Shown in pieces: positions 13,249-26,800 of a stretch of 64,000 nucleotides of DNA. Each line of letters opens with the position of its first letter. The first letter of the stretch is position 1. The DNA is from Setoptus koraiensis. Lineage: Eukaryota > Animalia > Arthropoda. A model generated the notes under the pieces. The model searched no databases, had not been told where the DNA came from, and saw only the letters and a program-made list of their open reading frames with translations. The stretch covers positions 18,538,001-18,602,000 of the forward strand of contig CM106586.1 of the NCBI GenBank assembly GCA_048013815.1, in the 5' to 3' direction. A program made the translations under genes and the position numbers.

Positions 13249-13787
13249 GCGGCGAATGGCGGATAACGGCAGCCAATAACGGTTGCCCGATGAACAAACA
13301 GTCGGTTGCAAGCGGCGTTCGGATCGCGCAAACAATGCCCTAATTTCGTAATGTGTGTCGCACTTGCTAAGGCGTCTTGGTGTGCAATGGTGGCTTTTGG
13401 GGCGCCCCGGCAATGATATCCTGCGCAGTGTTGTTTGTATGACATTCGATGATTATTTGCTGATCATTTGCTGATTATTACATCAATTGCGCACTCATTA
13501 ACACTGTTGATGCTGACAAATTTTCAATGTGCTGCCGCCGTGTGGGCCCGCCAACAAGCCGACTTGAGAGAGCGAGTTGTCGCCGGCTAACAGCTGGCTG
13601 ATAGTTGGCTGATGGGCCAAAAGTTGCGCTAATTTGTGGCTATTCACTACGAATGTAATTGCGTGATTTGTTAATTGTTAATTGCTGCCGATGCTTGCCG
13701 TTGCATAATGACCAATGACGAGCCCATAATGTGCCCGCTACTCGCTGGCACTGCGACTCGGTAAACCGTTGCGAGTTGGTTGGTTGT

Positions 13788-13789
13788 GT

Positions 13790-13823
<34 letters not shown>

Positions 13824-13858
13824 CGCTGTTGTCGCTGTTGTTGCTGTTGTTGCTGCTG
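13788..13858. repeat. (GTT)n/(GCT)n microsatellite
   Basis: Read directly from sequence. Confidence 0.92.
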
Positions 13859-15680
13859 ATGATCACTAACTAATGGCTGCACTCAACTTATTCATCCATT
13901 TACGGCGGATATTGGCCAACAGTTGACTCACTCACTGTTCGCCCACTCACTCGCGTGTCCGTGGCACACTCACTGGGGCCCCATTCACTCCGGACAGTTA
14001 ATATCGGATTGGCTGTCGGATGATAAGATGCTGTGCACTGTTCGAGAGCTATATGTGTCTATGCCATATACATAAACAGATATATGTGTGCGCTGGCCTG
14101 GGTACACAAGCAAGTATAAATTGCAAGCGGGGGCTAGATGTTGCTTGATGCTCGAGAACAAAATTGAATCAACCGTTGGCTCGCTGAGTGGCGCACAAAG
14201 TCAATTTTGCGTGTGCGCAACTACGTGCAGCATGCAAGCGGCCGAGCCGGCCGCCGCTGGGGCCCCTTCAGCGCGCCACCGGGCCCCAATTGATATGTAG
14301 TGATGCCACGCAATGATGCCACGCACCAATACTGGCCGTGGCATCTCATAGTGCCACTACATGAAACAAACACACGAACCGTTACACAGACCCCAACACA
14401 CAGAGCGCGTAGACAGCCGATAGACGGGACAGAGACAAGTGCGATAGTGTGCAAAATGAACGGGGGTGGGCCCATCAATTGTTTGCAGCGTATAATGGGC
14501 AGCGTATTTGGAGTTGCCGGCCAGCAAGTGTCACAAGCTCGCTGGTTGGCAAGCTAGCGTGTGACAGGAATAAGACAACGGAGAGCGCGGGTAAGACAGG
14601 CGCGCGGATAAGACAGTGTCCGCGCGCGCGGCCGGTCAAACGGTCAGCAATCCCGAAAAGCGGTGCGCCCAAACGACACGAGACAACTTGTAAATGCAAG
14701 CAGTCGCTTCTATTAGCTTGCATTAGCTTGCTGCTGTAAATAGCAGTGTTGTGGTCATGTTGTTCATTAGCAGCTATAACACACACACGCAAACACACAC
14801 ACAAACTGGCCAACGGGCCCCAATTCGGGCCCCACTTTTTGTCGGCTGTGTGCAGCTTATATTATCCCTGTGTCTGTCCGATAAACTGGGCGCCAATGAG
14901 CGATCGCCCGTTTTAGCGGCAAATGTTTTAAAACGACACCCATTTATTTACAGTAGCGGCAGCTAATGGTTTTGCTTGTCGGTTGGCAAACGGTTCACTG
15001 TTGCTCACTGGCCGCTTTATCATTATTATTACTATTATCATTATCAACAACACAAACAACAACAATATAAAACAATGGCGCAAATCTGTATCGGCGCACA
15101 GTACGTTGACAGTCGGTCACACATTTGTTAATCTAGGCGTTAGTTAGTGCGCCACGTCCACGCGCCAACAACAACACACAAAATCTGGCATTTCAATGGC
15201 ATTTCGAATGGCCGTCGTCAGTGTTGGCGCCACAAAAAGAATTGGCAAAGAAAAACTGGCATTGTTGTTGTCTCGCTGTATTGCATTGCGTAACTGTGCC
15301 ACTTTGCAAACAATACGTCCAAACAATACACGTTTGTGCGAATTGTAAACACACGCCACTTAATGGCGATTTTGTGTCTCGCTTCCTGTTCTGTCTCGTC
15401 GTTGCTCACGTCGGACATAAAATATTCTGTTATCTATCTACTCTTCCTGTGTGTAGCTGCCACTGCCGGCATACATTGCATAATAACAAACAAATAATGA
15501 GCGTTTATAGAGACGGCATGCTGACAATTGTCAGCGGTCGTTAGTGGCGCCAACAATGAGCATTTACAAACAATTTCTCTCTTTAATCAATTGAAAACAC
15601 GCTGTTGCAAAATATCAATTCATCGTGGCATCTGTTAATAATTAAGCTGGTCGCCGCTGTTGTTGTCTCGTCGCTTGCTG

Positions 15681-15750
15681 TTGCAATCAGTTGCAATCAG
15701 TTGCAATCAGTTGCAATCAGTTGCAATCAGTTGCAATCAGTTGCAATCAG
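15681..15750. repeat. Perfect 10-bp tandem repeat x7 (TTGCAATCAG)
   Basis: Read directly from sequence. Confidence 0.97.
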
Positions 15751-15995
15751 TTGCGTGATTTCTGGCAGTAGTAGTCGCGCGCACGAGGATTAAGTAATCC
15801 AATAGTAAGTCAGTTTGTGAGTGAGTGTGCACTTTATCAATCGCAGCTGACATAATCCCTCGACAGGATCGATTAACTGCCAATTGTATCACAGTTAATC
15901 AGTTCAGTAGGCGAGCCATTAATTGATTAAATTATCATGCTACCAAAAATAAGTGTAATCTAGCAATATTCCGCTGTGGCCAATGCGCCGGCCAC

Positions 15996-18900
15996 TCAGA
16001 ATCCCTCCTCGTACGGCTCGTCGGCCCTCCTTGGCTCTGTGACAAATTCAGGTATGGCGATATTGTAATAGGTGACATCGAAACCGACACGATTCTGAGC
16101 GCTGCTTGTCTGCTGCAATTGATTTATTACATCTGACACCTGATCCACTAATTGAGCAAACGTGGGCCTGTAGCGCGAATTTTCCGCCCAACAACTCAGC
16201 ATTATATTGTATAGTAGATCGGGACAATACGATGGCTTTAGCATTCGTCGGCCAGATTTTAGATAATTGAATATGTCCCAATTGTCCACATCGGGGTACG
16301 GCGTCACTCCACGCGTCAACAATTCCCACAGTAGCACACCGTATGACCAAACGTCCGTTTTTGAGCTATAGTGACCCTTCTCTAAACTCTCGATGGCCAT
16401 CCATTTAACGGGTAGTTTAGTATTCTTGTTGTCGCTACTGTAGTAGTCGCGTTCGTAAATATCACGCGATAAACCAAAATCGGCCACCTTAACTGTCAGA
16501 TCACGGTCAAGCATACAATTTCTTGCCGCCAGATCGCGGTGTATAAATTTCGATTGTGCCAAATAGGCCATACCCTGGGCAACTTGAATACCAAACGTAA
16601 TCAAGTCCTTCACTGTGGGACAATTGGCATCGTCTCTGATGTAAGTTAATAGGTCTCCGTTCTTCATAAATGGTATGACCACCATAGGCAAACCAGTTGG
16701 ATCGAACGAAACTCCCAATAAGGTCAGCACATTTTTGTGCTCGAAATCTTTCATCATGAGGCCCTCTTCAAGGAAGGCTCGGTTGGTTCCAACGTAACCG
16801 GAGGTACCTATTAGTTGCGACATAATGCGTTAGTGACCGGTTAGTTATTGTCATCATTTACAAGTCATACATAAAAATGTTTTACATGAGGCCAAGATGG
16901 CAAAAATCACTTACGACTATTGAGTGTCTTCACTGCCACATCTATGTAGGAATTGTCGTCGAGTTTCAAATGTCCTTTGTACACTATGCCAAATTGACCC
17001 TCGCCTAGATTATGGAACAGAGTCAAACGTTTTCTCTCAATGAATATGCGCTCCTCTTTTAATAAGGTCATGAGTTCGTCATCTATGACATTTTTTGGCA
17101 TTGTGGGCAATTTGTTCACGTTGGACAATATTAGAGGCTCGCGTTGATCTAACTCGCCCTTGGGGTTTGTGAAATATTCTGTTTTCACGACGATGAAGGA
17201 GATTTCAGGGCGATAGAGATTTTGTCGTGTCAGATTCGGTTGAAAAAACTCAGAGTTCCATTAGAGCAATGCTTTTACGGAGTATCTCATTTTACTTACC
17301 ATTCTGACCTAACGGATTGGTTGTTATAGTGGCGGTCAGGTCGTCACGACCTGCGATATTAGTAAAACTTAAATGATTCGTTGGTAGCCTATAGGCTACA
17401 CTCATACCATTGCCATCTATTGTCTCTCGATCTGCGTTATTTGATGTTTTCAGCTTGAACATTTTCATATTGAATTCCGGAATCTTGAGCTTTTCCGGTA
17501 TCAAGGTGTAAGTCACAACAATAAAGATTGTCAGCACGAGTACAGTCAGTATCACCAGAATTCTCCACATTAACGATGCTGGCGCTTCTTTAAGTTCTTC
17601 AGTTTCGCTTTGTTTTGTGAATACATTGACATTATAAGTTTTACTGCCCAATGAAATCATTATTTTACTTCCCATCAAAAGTGCCTCACTATCCTTTGCT
17701 ACCAAACAATTCATGCTATTTGTAGTGATCACATTGATATCACGGCACAATATCTCTTGTCCATTCTCCGAGAGCAACTTCACTGGATAACCAGGCATAA
17801 TATTACTGCCGCTGATAGTGATCAATGAACTCATGTCTTTTTTCGTAATGGTTAGCTCGCGGAATTCAGGATCCTTGTGATAAGTTAGATAAGACGCTTC
17901 GGGATGTGTGACTAAATAATCAGCCAGAGGACTAGATCCATCCATCTTTAAAGTTAATTTGGCTCGAACAGGCCTACGGTAACTGGTGGCCGCCGTTGGC
18001 AACGGTGGACAAACACAGGTCAAAATGCCACGGTTAGCCCTTTCGGAGCTGTATTTGCAGAGTGTTTCTTTTTTGTCAATAGTGTCTCCAAAGTTAAGTA
18101 TCATTAGTGGTTTCACTACACTATTCAGATTGATTCCGGTAAAGTTGATTGTTGTGTTACCCGAGTCTATTGTCGCCAAAAAATTAATATTATCCACTCT
18201 CGGATCGGGCTTATATTTGAAAGTTTGCGAAAGTTGGCTAGGACGAGGTGAAATCATGGGAGACTCAGTTATGGGAACATTAATACCGTCCGCATCTCTT
18301 GTAGTGCCTGTTCCGTAACTATAAGTAGACTGATTATATTTGTTGTAATCAAACGATTGAAAATTGTCGTCAACAAGCAATCTTATTGGTTGAGCCTCAG
18401 AAATTTCTTGTGCGTTTCCGGCAGAATTCATGTATGGATCAGATGTACATTTCAACTGCTTTGGTGTAGCAGCAAACACTCGACATTCTTGTGATTTTCC
18501 AATCAATAATCGTCTAGTCGATCCAATGTTGAGGTTGTGTCCATACACGGTGACATTTGTACCGCCTGAGTAAGGTCCATAGTCGGGATATATTCCGTCT
18601 ACGTACACGGGTTTAAAATCAAATTGTTTCGCACTGGTGGTGTTCCCTTTGATATCTAGCACTCCAACATGGGATGTAACATTGATGGAAATAGAAGCGG
18701 CAATTGGTTGCTGCACCGGCTTGGTCGTGCATGTTATTTCTGAATCAGTCCACTTATTGTTTTCCATTACACATTCCTGTTGACCCAAATGAATCTTTAT
18801 CCAATTGTCGTCCCCACTTGCATCGGCGCTGGCTGAACCGAAATTCTGACCCCGTATAGAGATCTTTGTGCCACCGGTCAGAGGTCCACTTTCTGGCACA

Positions 18901-20900
18901 AAGCCGTGAATGATTGGAGGACACGATTTTGTTGAAAACTTTTCTGATGAACTACATTCCTCCCTCATCGTACAACGTCCGGAACACCAGCCACACTTCA
19001 GAGGATCCCTCTTGGATAGACACGAATGGCATGTTGTAAAGTAAGAGCAAGAATTTAAATTCAATCTAAAAAGTTTCTGATCACTAGTTGCAATGTAGAG
19101 AGATTGATTGCCTAAATATTCCCTCAAACTTGACGCGGGTAATATGCTTATACCGGATGACGATAACTTGCTTGAATGCCTCTCAGATATGAAGGATTTT
19201 CCCAAATTATTGAGTATTTGGCCAGTATTGAAATCAATGGCGTACATAGGAGGTTCATATTCGTCTTCGGTGCCAATTTTAAGTAGAATTCCGTCATCAC
19301 TGCCAACAAACACCACAGACTTGTCGTATTGCATGATCGAGGCCAAAAAATTCACCCTAAGCGATCCAAGACTGTAAAGAAATTTTTGGTTGATGTCATA
19401 ATATCGAGTCGCGTCGATAAATTCATTTATATTAGATTGGCACAACTGAGTTTCGTCCATTGGGCTCCTGGTGCATAGAGTCTTCTTGTCGTCATGGAAT
19501 TTAGCTAACAGTTGAACCTGAGGTCCGCCCTTGTAACACTCTCTCATCATGGAGGTGAATATATCATTAATTATCGCCATATTGTATGAACAAAGACGAG
19601 TTTCTACATGATTGGAATCAGTTTCTATTTCAAATATGGCATGGAAGTTTTCCGTAGATCCCAAAGACTCTTTTGCCTGGTCTGATGGCTGGTAATAAGC
19701 CTTAACAACCTTGCCAGTATAGATCGTGCCGGCACGTCCACAGTTTAACCTGACCTCAGTGTAAGAAGATAGATGGCTAACACCGTTGCAGACGCGAGCA
19801 AGTCGAGCTTTGATCTCTTGTTGGTACGGTTGATCAGTCGACCTACGAGATTCTGATATTAACTCGTCATTTAAAACAAAGTATGTGTAGTTTCCGTACT
19901 CGAAGGTATAAATGTATTCGGTGGCCAAATATTGCTGGCCGTTACGATTAGTAACATTGAGACGATCCGACAAGCTGGCACTCGAGTCCAAGACCATCTC
20001 TAAGGAGCGTGAATTCGCCATTGACTCTATTCTATATTTGCCTATCACAGGTAAGTAAGGATAATTTGGCTTCAAATTGTTGTTGATAGATTTACGATTT
20101 GTGCTTATGAAAATAGATCGTGCATTGCCACTTCCATCTAATACGGCCTTAACTCCGGTATATTCAGTGAGATACTTTAAATTAATAGCCGGGGTGGATC
20201 TATGATCTACAATTGGTAGTTCCCTTGTGCTTAGATCAAGAATCCTGTGTAGAAGACATTTGAATGTAGCCTGATTTGTGTAACATGCCAATAAAAGATC
20301 ACTGGCAGGATGTTGTTGAATGATCAATAATAGTTGATTTTTGATAGAGGCATCATGGCGCTGGTTGTTTTGGTTGTTTGCTAATGCATCGTCTTGAGTC
20401 ACCATGGGTTGAAAGAATTTGTTGTAATCATAATATGTGTTTGAGATTGCGAAATTCTTGGAAAGCTTGAGAAGTTTCGAATTTTGCGTAAATATAAAAA
20501 TTGTGTCATCTACATTGTTTACAAGTAGATTGTCTATTTGTTGTTCCAATTTAATAGAGCTAACACCCAATGTCTCTAGGGTTATAGTTGGGTTAGCTAG
20601 GCTTTGTTGGGTGCTAGAGTTGCATTCAACAGGTTGTATGGCACAACTATTTATCACAATCAACAACAACAATAATGGTAATAGAAATAGAAAATTTGCG
20701 TGGGTTATTTTTGCACAATTTATCACATGATAATCAATAATTGTGATTGTCTGCCTCTGCCTATGAGGGGTGGTGATGGTGGTGGTGTTGGTCCATTGAC
20801 CCTTGGGGTGGTCGTGTATCGTCGCTTGCTTAAATAATCTCTTCCTCGAGTGGTTGACTAGGGGTTTGGGTCCAGCCCAGTGTGTCTCAAATTGTGTCAT
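15996..20900 (-). CDS. MET/RON (HGF receptor)-like receptor tyrosine kinase, about 1558 aa, 3 exons
   Basis: complement(join(15996..16807,16915..17178,17300..20900)); introns of 121 and 107 nt, both phase 1 with GTAAGT donors. Sema-like region, PSI (CSYFTTCHSCLSKRDPLKCGWCSGRC), IPT repeats (PESGPLTGGTKISIRGQNFG; PDYGPYSGGTNVTVYGHNL), TM (ILVILTVLVLTIFIVVTYTLI). Kinase motifs GEGQFGIVY, VAVK, HRDLAARNC, DFGLSRDIYERDYY and KLPVKWMAIESL match the MET family. Confidence 0.92.
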
Positions 20901-22445
20901 GTCTGATACTGTTGTTTATAGCAGCCGATTGTATAAGTGTTTCCAATGTATAAGATGCGATGATTCTATGCCTAATTAAAGATGATATATTCATGTTTGT
21001 AGAATTGCCGTCTCGCCAGCATGGGTCAGTTAAAATTGCGATCCGTTTGCTGTCTAATAATTGATGCAAATAAATACATTTAAGTAAATAAATCAATCTT
21101 CATTCATTTTGTTGGCCATTCCTGAGAATCATAATGAGTGTGTGTGTGTAAGCGTTTGTTTCTAGTGGTGGTGATGATGATTAATTAAGACGACGTTCAA
21201 GAGTCACATATAAACGTGTGTGAGTCAATCAGATATAATTCATTACAGCTGGTTGGAACAATGTGTGCAAATATACAGTAGCAATGTAACAAGCGTCAGA
21301 CACCGCCGAAAATGTGTGATAATAATGGCATAGAAATAATAATGAAATGTGCGTAAATAAATGCAAAAGCTGATCTTGTTCAGATATTTCTGTATTGCCA
21401 GTGTTGTTGTGAATGACGTCGTGGTTGTTGTTAGTTGAAACAAGTGTCGCTAGTAATTGTCTGCGATTAATGGTGCGAGCCAACAGCATCGGCATGCCAC
21501 AACCGATTTGTTGTTCTTGTCGTGGTCGTCGTCGTCTAATAACCTTGAATATCAATCTGTGTATCGTGGCCGCTGGATATTGTTGTGTTATTATATTATT
21601 ATGCTCCTAATATTATTACTACGTGTCGCCCGTGATTTATATCAATAATATCAAACGGCTGGGGCTGGGATCCGGCGCCGGCACTTGTGACAGGCACTGA
21701 CAGGAATTTGGGATTTTGTCCTGAGGAATTTATGCAACAACAAAATGGGCAACAAAAGACGTTTAATGCATTGAAACAATTCAATTTCACGCTGTGTGGG
21801 CACTTTATGTCACACTAATCTAGTAATATCACTATTTTGTTATAATTGGTGCCAAATTGGCATTGATGGGAGATGGAATTATTTTTATTATTATTATTGG
21901 CGTACATCTGCTTGTGTGTTGTGCAGTATTTTGCCCATGATGGGAATACGCCCTTGTTCTTATTGGTGTGCATATACAAAATCACAGAGCGAGTTCACCA
22001 CCAATGATGCTGTGATCTGTGATGATACTGTAACAGTACACTCTCTCTCTCTCTCTCTCTCACTCTTGTTATAGCAACATAGCATTTTTGCCCGTTGAAG
22101 CCAAGTTGAATGAGTGAAAATTCCGCGAATTTTCATCAACCATGCTCATGCGTTTATTATATACGCTTCGACTATGCTGTTTGAGCACACACACTGCCGC
22201 TCTCTTGGCCACTACCAATGGAATGCCAAGTGTCTATGATCGCCGCCGGTTCATTGCCCCCAACAAACAACAACATATACGCGGCCAATCTTGCCTCTAA
22301 CGACCATCGGGCCAACAAATGAAGCCGAGCCTTTTCTTTTTACCCACCATATTCTGTTTCTTTGCGCAACCCCCTATGAAGTGGCTCATCAATCGTGGCG
22401 ATTGCTTTGAGTTACTTTGAACTTGCATTTGCAAACTTTCGCGAA

Positions 22446-23061
22446 TCACAAGTTACGATTCGCGATGAAATTCGTTCGGTGCCCAATGCCCGCCCGATCA
22501 ATACCCGTAAGCAGACGGATCGCGTTACAACGGGCAGCGATACTCCGAATGTTTCGAATCTGTGAATATCTTGACCGTCGCTGCAACCAACCGTTATTGA
22601 TTGACGGGTCAGCATGCATGGAGTCACACGGACAAACATACGTCTGACAATTGTGAGATGATCAGTCTGAGCAGTTCAGCTCTCGATAAATATGAGTTGG
22701 CCAGACATACTTCATTCACAGTCTGGCCCGCACACAAAAGATTGTCGCCCCTGTGGCACTGTGCGGTTCCCTCTGAATCAGACGACGATCATCGGCGCCC
22801 TCGAAAGTTCTGCTTCCTGTCTCGCTTACCTACCGAACTTAATCTGGCATTGATCCACTTTTTCTGAATGAAACGATGGACGAAAAATTGAATACATCGT
22901 ATGAATGGCCGCAGTCTGGCAGCTCGCCATCCAATTCCAATGACCGACTCCTTCGAGACGCCATTCTAGAGGTACTCGGTTGCTCGTCAGGTCAAGCGGA
23001 ATGACGATGTGCCTGTCTGGTTGATCATTCTCTTGAGTTAGACACAACAAAAGTGAGACAT
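22446..23061 (-). CDS. Candidate partial spliced gene of unknown function (5' exon not identified)
   Basis: Open, phase-compatible exons 22834..23061, 22642..22772 and 22446..22580, separated by two 61-nt GT-AG introns. Peptide ...RHIVIPLDLTSNRVPLEWRLEGVGHWNW...CQIKFEGTAQCHRGDNLLC... No family recognised. Confidence 0.35.
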
Positions 23062-23893
23062 CTAACGGAACCGTTGACACACATTGACATATGCCCGCAC
23101 AGCTAACAATGGTGTGCTATACTGATTTTTATCAAGTTTTTTCACAACGTGCACTTCTGCACTCGGGGTACAAATGAAGTGTGAATTGAGTTCAAACTAT
23201 ATGCTGGATCGCGGTTTCTGTCGCGCCAATTGGGCTGTTCCGCGTCGTCGCCGCACCCTCCGCGATTCTTCGGCGCGCAACATCGCTCAAGCGGCATAGA
23301 CACCTCAAATCACTATTAATTGATGACATAACTTTGATTTAATCAACTCTCAACACATTCGCTCAATTAGAGGCACCCGTTCCGCTTCAGTGGGGACGCC
23401 GCGGGATGAGCACCCCTAGGGAGTTTCTACCGCGGCGGTTTGCGCGGACTTCCGCGCGATACTTCAGCGTACTCCAAACTATTGGTGCATTTGTCAAACG
23501 ACGTAATTATCGGAGGATTTTATATTTGTGTGCAGCCATTGACAATTATAGACAAACGCTCGGCAGCGTGACGATAAACGTGTATCCCTCGTCGTCAAGA
23601 TGTGCACGCAACTGTTGCTACCTCACATAACAATCACACATATTGCCAGCCAGGCAAGTATGCCACATGACAAGTCACCAAAGCTACTTAAGCTGCCAAT
23701 ATAACCTTGAATGTTATCGTTATGGAGTGGAAAAATACAAACAATTGCTACAATATATAAACGATTGTGAATCTTACAATTGTTAGTATAGTGATAATGA
23801 TGAGCCTACTCAAACGATTGATATCTTACAGTTTTAATCTCAAGCTAGAGAAGTTACAGTGTATTCATTTTTTAAATTCATAACCCGACGACA

Positions 23894-26800
23894 ATGGCTC
23901 AAATCAGTGCACCCTCCTATGTGTATGCTCGCTCCAAAGTGTGGTCAACGAGAAGAAAGAAAAACAAGAGACAAAATCGCTTCGATGTGTACGAGGTTGA
24001 TCCAGCAATAACAATACCCAGCCAAAATGGGTTACTGTCTTCGCCTACCGATTGGTATATGGCCACTCCAAATCTTAAACGTGACGAGAACATACTTCTT
24101 GTGGGATCGAGCACTTGGGGCTCCAGTGTGAGCTTGAAAATAAAATGGAGACCAAACGAACAACTAAATCTGTATACTATGCTGACAAGTTTTACAATAG
24201 AGTGCGGCAAAGACAAACCAACCTACGACTACGACGAAGTGTGGACTCAGTCTGTGAGGCCGCCCGACGACCAACAGCAACGTGCCGGATCATACATAGA
24301 GAAATATTGCGGCCAAAATATCAGTTTAGAAGTTTTAATTCCATACTCAAAATATCGTTTGTTTTTTAGTGGTTACATGAGAGATCGTCAGAACGACAAC
24401 AAGTTGTTGTATGTGCGATTTCGCGCACTTGTGTCGGGCCTTGGCAAAATATTTGATTTTAAAGAACAGTACGACAGTGAATTTGTGGCGCGTCAGTTAG
24501 CTAAAACAAGACAACAAACGAAAGATATCGACTGTATCGACGCATTGAATCAGTTATTTCTGCAAGATAGACACGAACACAACGTTCAATTTAGATGTGT
24601 CTACACATTGGGCAAGGACGACTCAACGACCAGCGAGCACGCAGAGGAACAAAAATTGTTTTGTTGGGGCTTTCATGCGAGACATTTCATTCAGCCTAGC
24701 GATGCCTCGACGAGATTCACCAGAGTGTTGGGGTACTTTTCATCGGGAACATGGTTCCACTTGGGCTCCGTCGAGAGGGCTCCTCTCGAGAGCAATCTCG
24801 ACAGCAAGCAAGACAGCAAGCAAGACAACAGGATACAAATGGACTTTGGTTACGCTTGTCCCCAGAATCAAGTGTCATATCCAATTCAACGACTCGATCC
24901 CGTCGATTGGGATCAGATATCAGCGAGTGGCGGCAAGCAGTTTCAATTCAAATTTAAGTGTAACAATATACCCATTGAAGTGCAATCATCGCCCGACAGC
25001 AACAACGTGAATGGCGATTTTATCGATGTTGTATCAAATGAAAAAAGGAAAGGCCGCGCTCTCATACTCACCGATGAAATTGTCAAGCAAGATCAAATTG
25101 TCGTTGACAAGAGCGTGTCCGATTATGTGTCGTCGGTGCACACGAAGCCATGTCGCGTAATTGACTTGACATATCTCGAAACGCAGTGGGCCACCACCAA
25201 ACTGCTTGACTCTTATCGGCCGCTAGTCGTGGGTCTGGGCCAACCAGACGCCCAATACAGTTCGTTGTGCGGCGCCAAAGCGGCCTCTCTGGCTCAATTG
25301 CTTCGTTACAGGAGCGACGTGAGACCCGACAGTGAATTTGAGGTGCCCAACGGGGTAGTTTTGACCCGCTACGCTTGGGACTTGATTCTCGAGCTGAATG
25401 CAAACGTTCAACAGGCGCAACAGCGTCTCGCCCAAGCTGTCAATCAGGACAACAAAGAGGACGTGAGACAGCTCAGTGAACAAATTCGCGGTATGTTCTC
25501 TCGAGCCTCTGGCAACAATGACCAAGAAAACGCGCAAAAAGTCAATGTTCCCGATCAGTTGGTGACGGAACTCAAGCAGGCCATGCTGACCACCTATGGC
25601 ATCGGAGATTTGGCCAAGTCCGACAAACCGTTTGCCGTTCGTTCGTCGTCGTGGGGCGAAGATGACCAAGATATGAGCGCCGCGGGCCAACTGACAACAT
25701 TGCTGTCCATCAGAGGGCTGGATCAATTGTGTGACGCCATATTGATTTGTTTCGCTTCGAAATATTCGCTCACCAATCTGGAATACAAACACCAGCGCGG
25801 ACTGCCCATTGATATGCCGATGGGCATTGTTATTCAGGAAATGATTGAATGCGACAAAGCTGGCGTCTTGTTCACCTGTGATCCCATCAACGGCGACCAC
25901 AGACGAATGGTCATTACGGCCAACTACGGTCTGGGCGAGTCCGTTGTGAGTGCAGCCGCGGATCCGGACACCGTGGTGGTGGGCGTCGTTGTTGACCCAC
26001 AGGAACCGAACGATTTTTCGAAGCGTCGCTTGGATTCGTGGCGCGAAGTTAAAATTGGAAAAAAGACAGTCATAATGACAGGCGATTCCATTGAATCGAA
26101 GCAATCGCAAGAGTATGGTTTATCTAAGAACGACACAGCAGCAGCAGCCGAATCGCAGCAACAGTTGCCACAGCACGACGGTTTGGATCTGAGCAAATGT
26201 TGCCTGAGCCAGGACGAGATCACCAAATTGGCCGATTGTGCGCTCAAATTGGTGGGCTATTTTCGTTGCGCTCGCGATATCGAATGGGGCCTAAAAGATG
26301 GTCAATTGTACCTGTTTCAATCTCGCCCATTGACCGGACTTGACGCCATGAATGAGTTTGAGGTGGCGCACGAGTTCAGCGACGGCGTAGCAGCCGAAAA
26401 GGAATGGCTGTCGCGTGCCAATGTTGGCGAGGTGATGCCAATGCCCATTAGGCCTCTCACGTTGACCTATTTGTTTCGTTTTTGGAATATAGCCATGGAG
26501 TGTCACCTGCGAAGGTTGGGCATGATGAAACGAGAAAACTGGTTCCCCAATAGACCGGGAGAAATGGTTTACAATGGATATTATGGCTTTTTTAATTTAC
26601 GCCAGAGCAGATTGTTTCGGTTTGCTGGCGGCGAAAAGCGCCCAATAATAGCGCGAGCTGCGGAAATCGCTTTCTTCGGGCACGAGGTTGAGGAACCCGA
26701 ACTGGCCGAAGCTTGCGCCAAAGTGGCCAGGCCCGTCTCTGGGTATGCCCAATTGAGAAACACAATGGACTCTTGGCCTCTAAAGTATGCGCCCGACAAA

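Noticed and set aside
638-15750. Short tandem repeats as CRISPR arrays
   Set aside because: There are no unique spacers and no cas genes, and the context is eukaryotic and spliced
17986-20730. Plus-strand ORFs inside the MET-like gene (and similar ORFs inside the phosphotransferase and receptor genes)
   Set aside because: They are antisense or shifted-frame shadows of well-supported CDSs
22601-22867. F-box-like motif FLSRLPTELNLALIHFF on the plus strand
   Set aside because: A stop follows immediately, there is no downstream domain, and the minus-strand spliced model fits better
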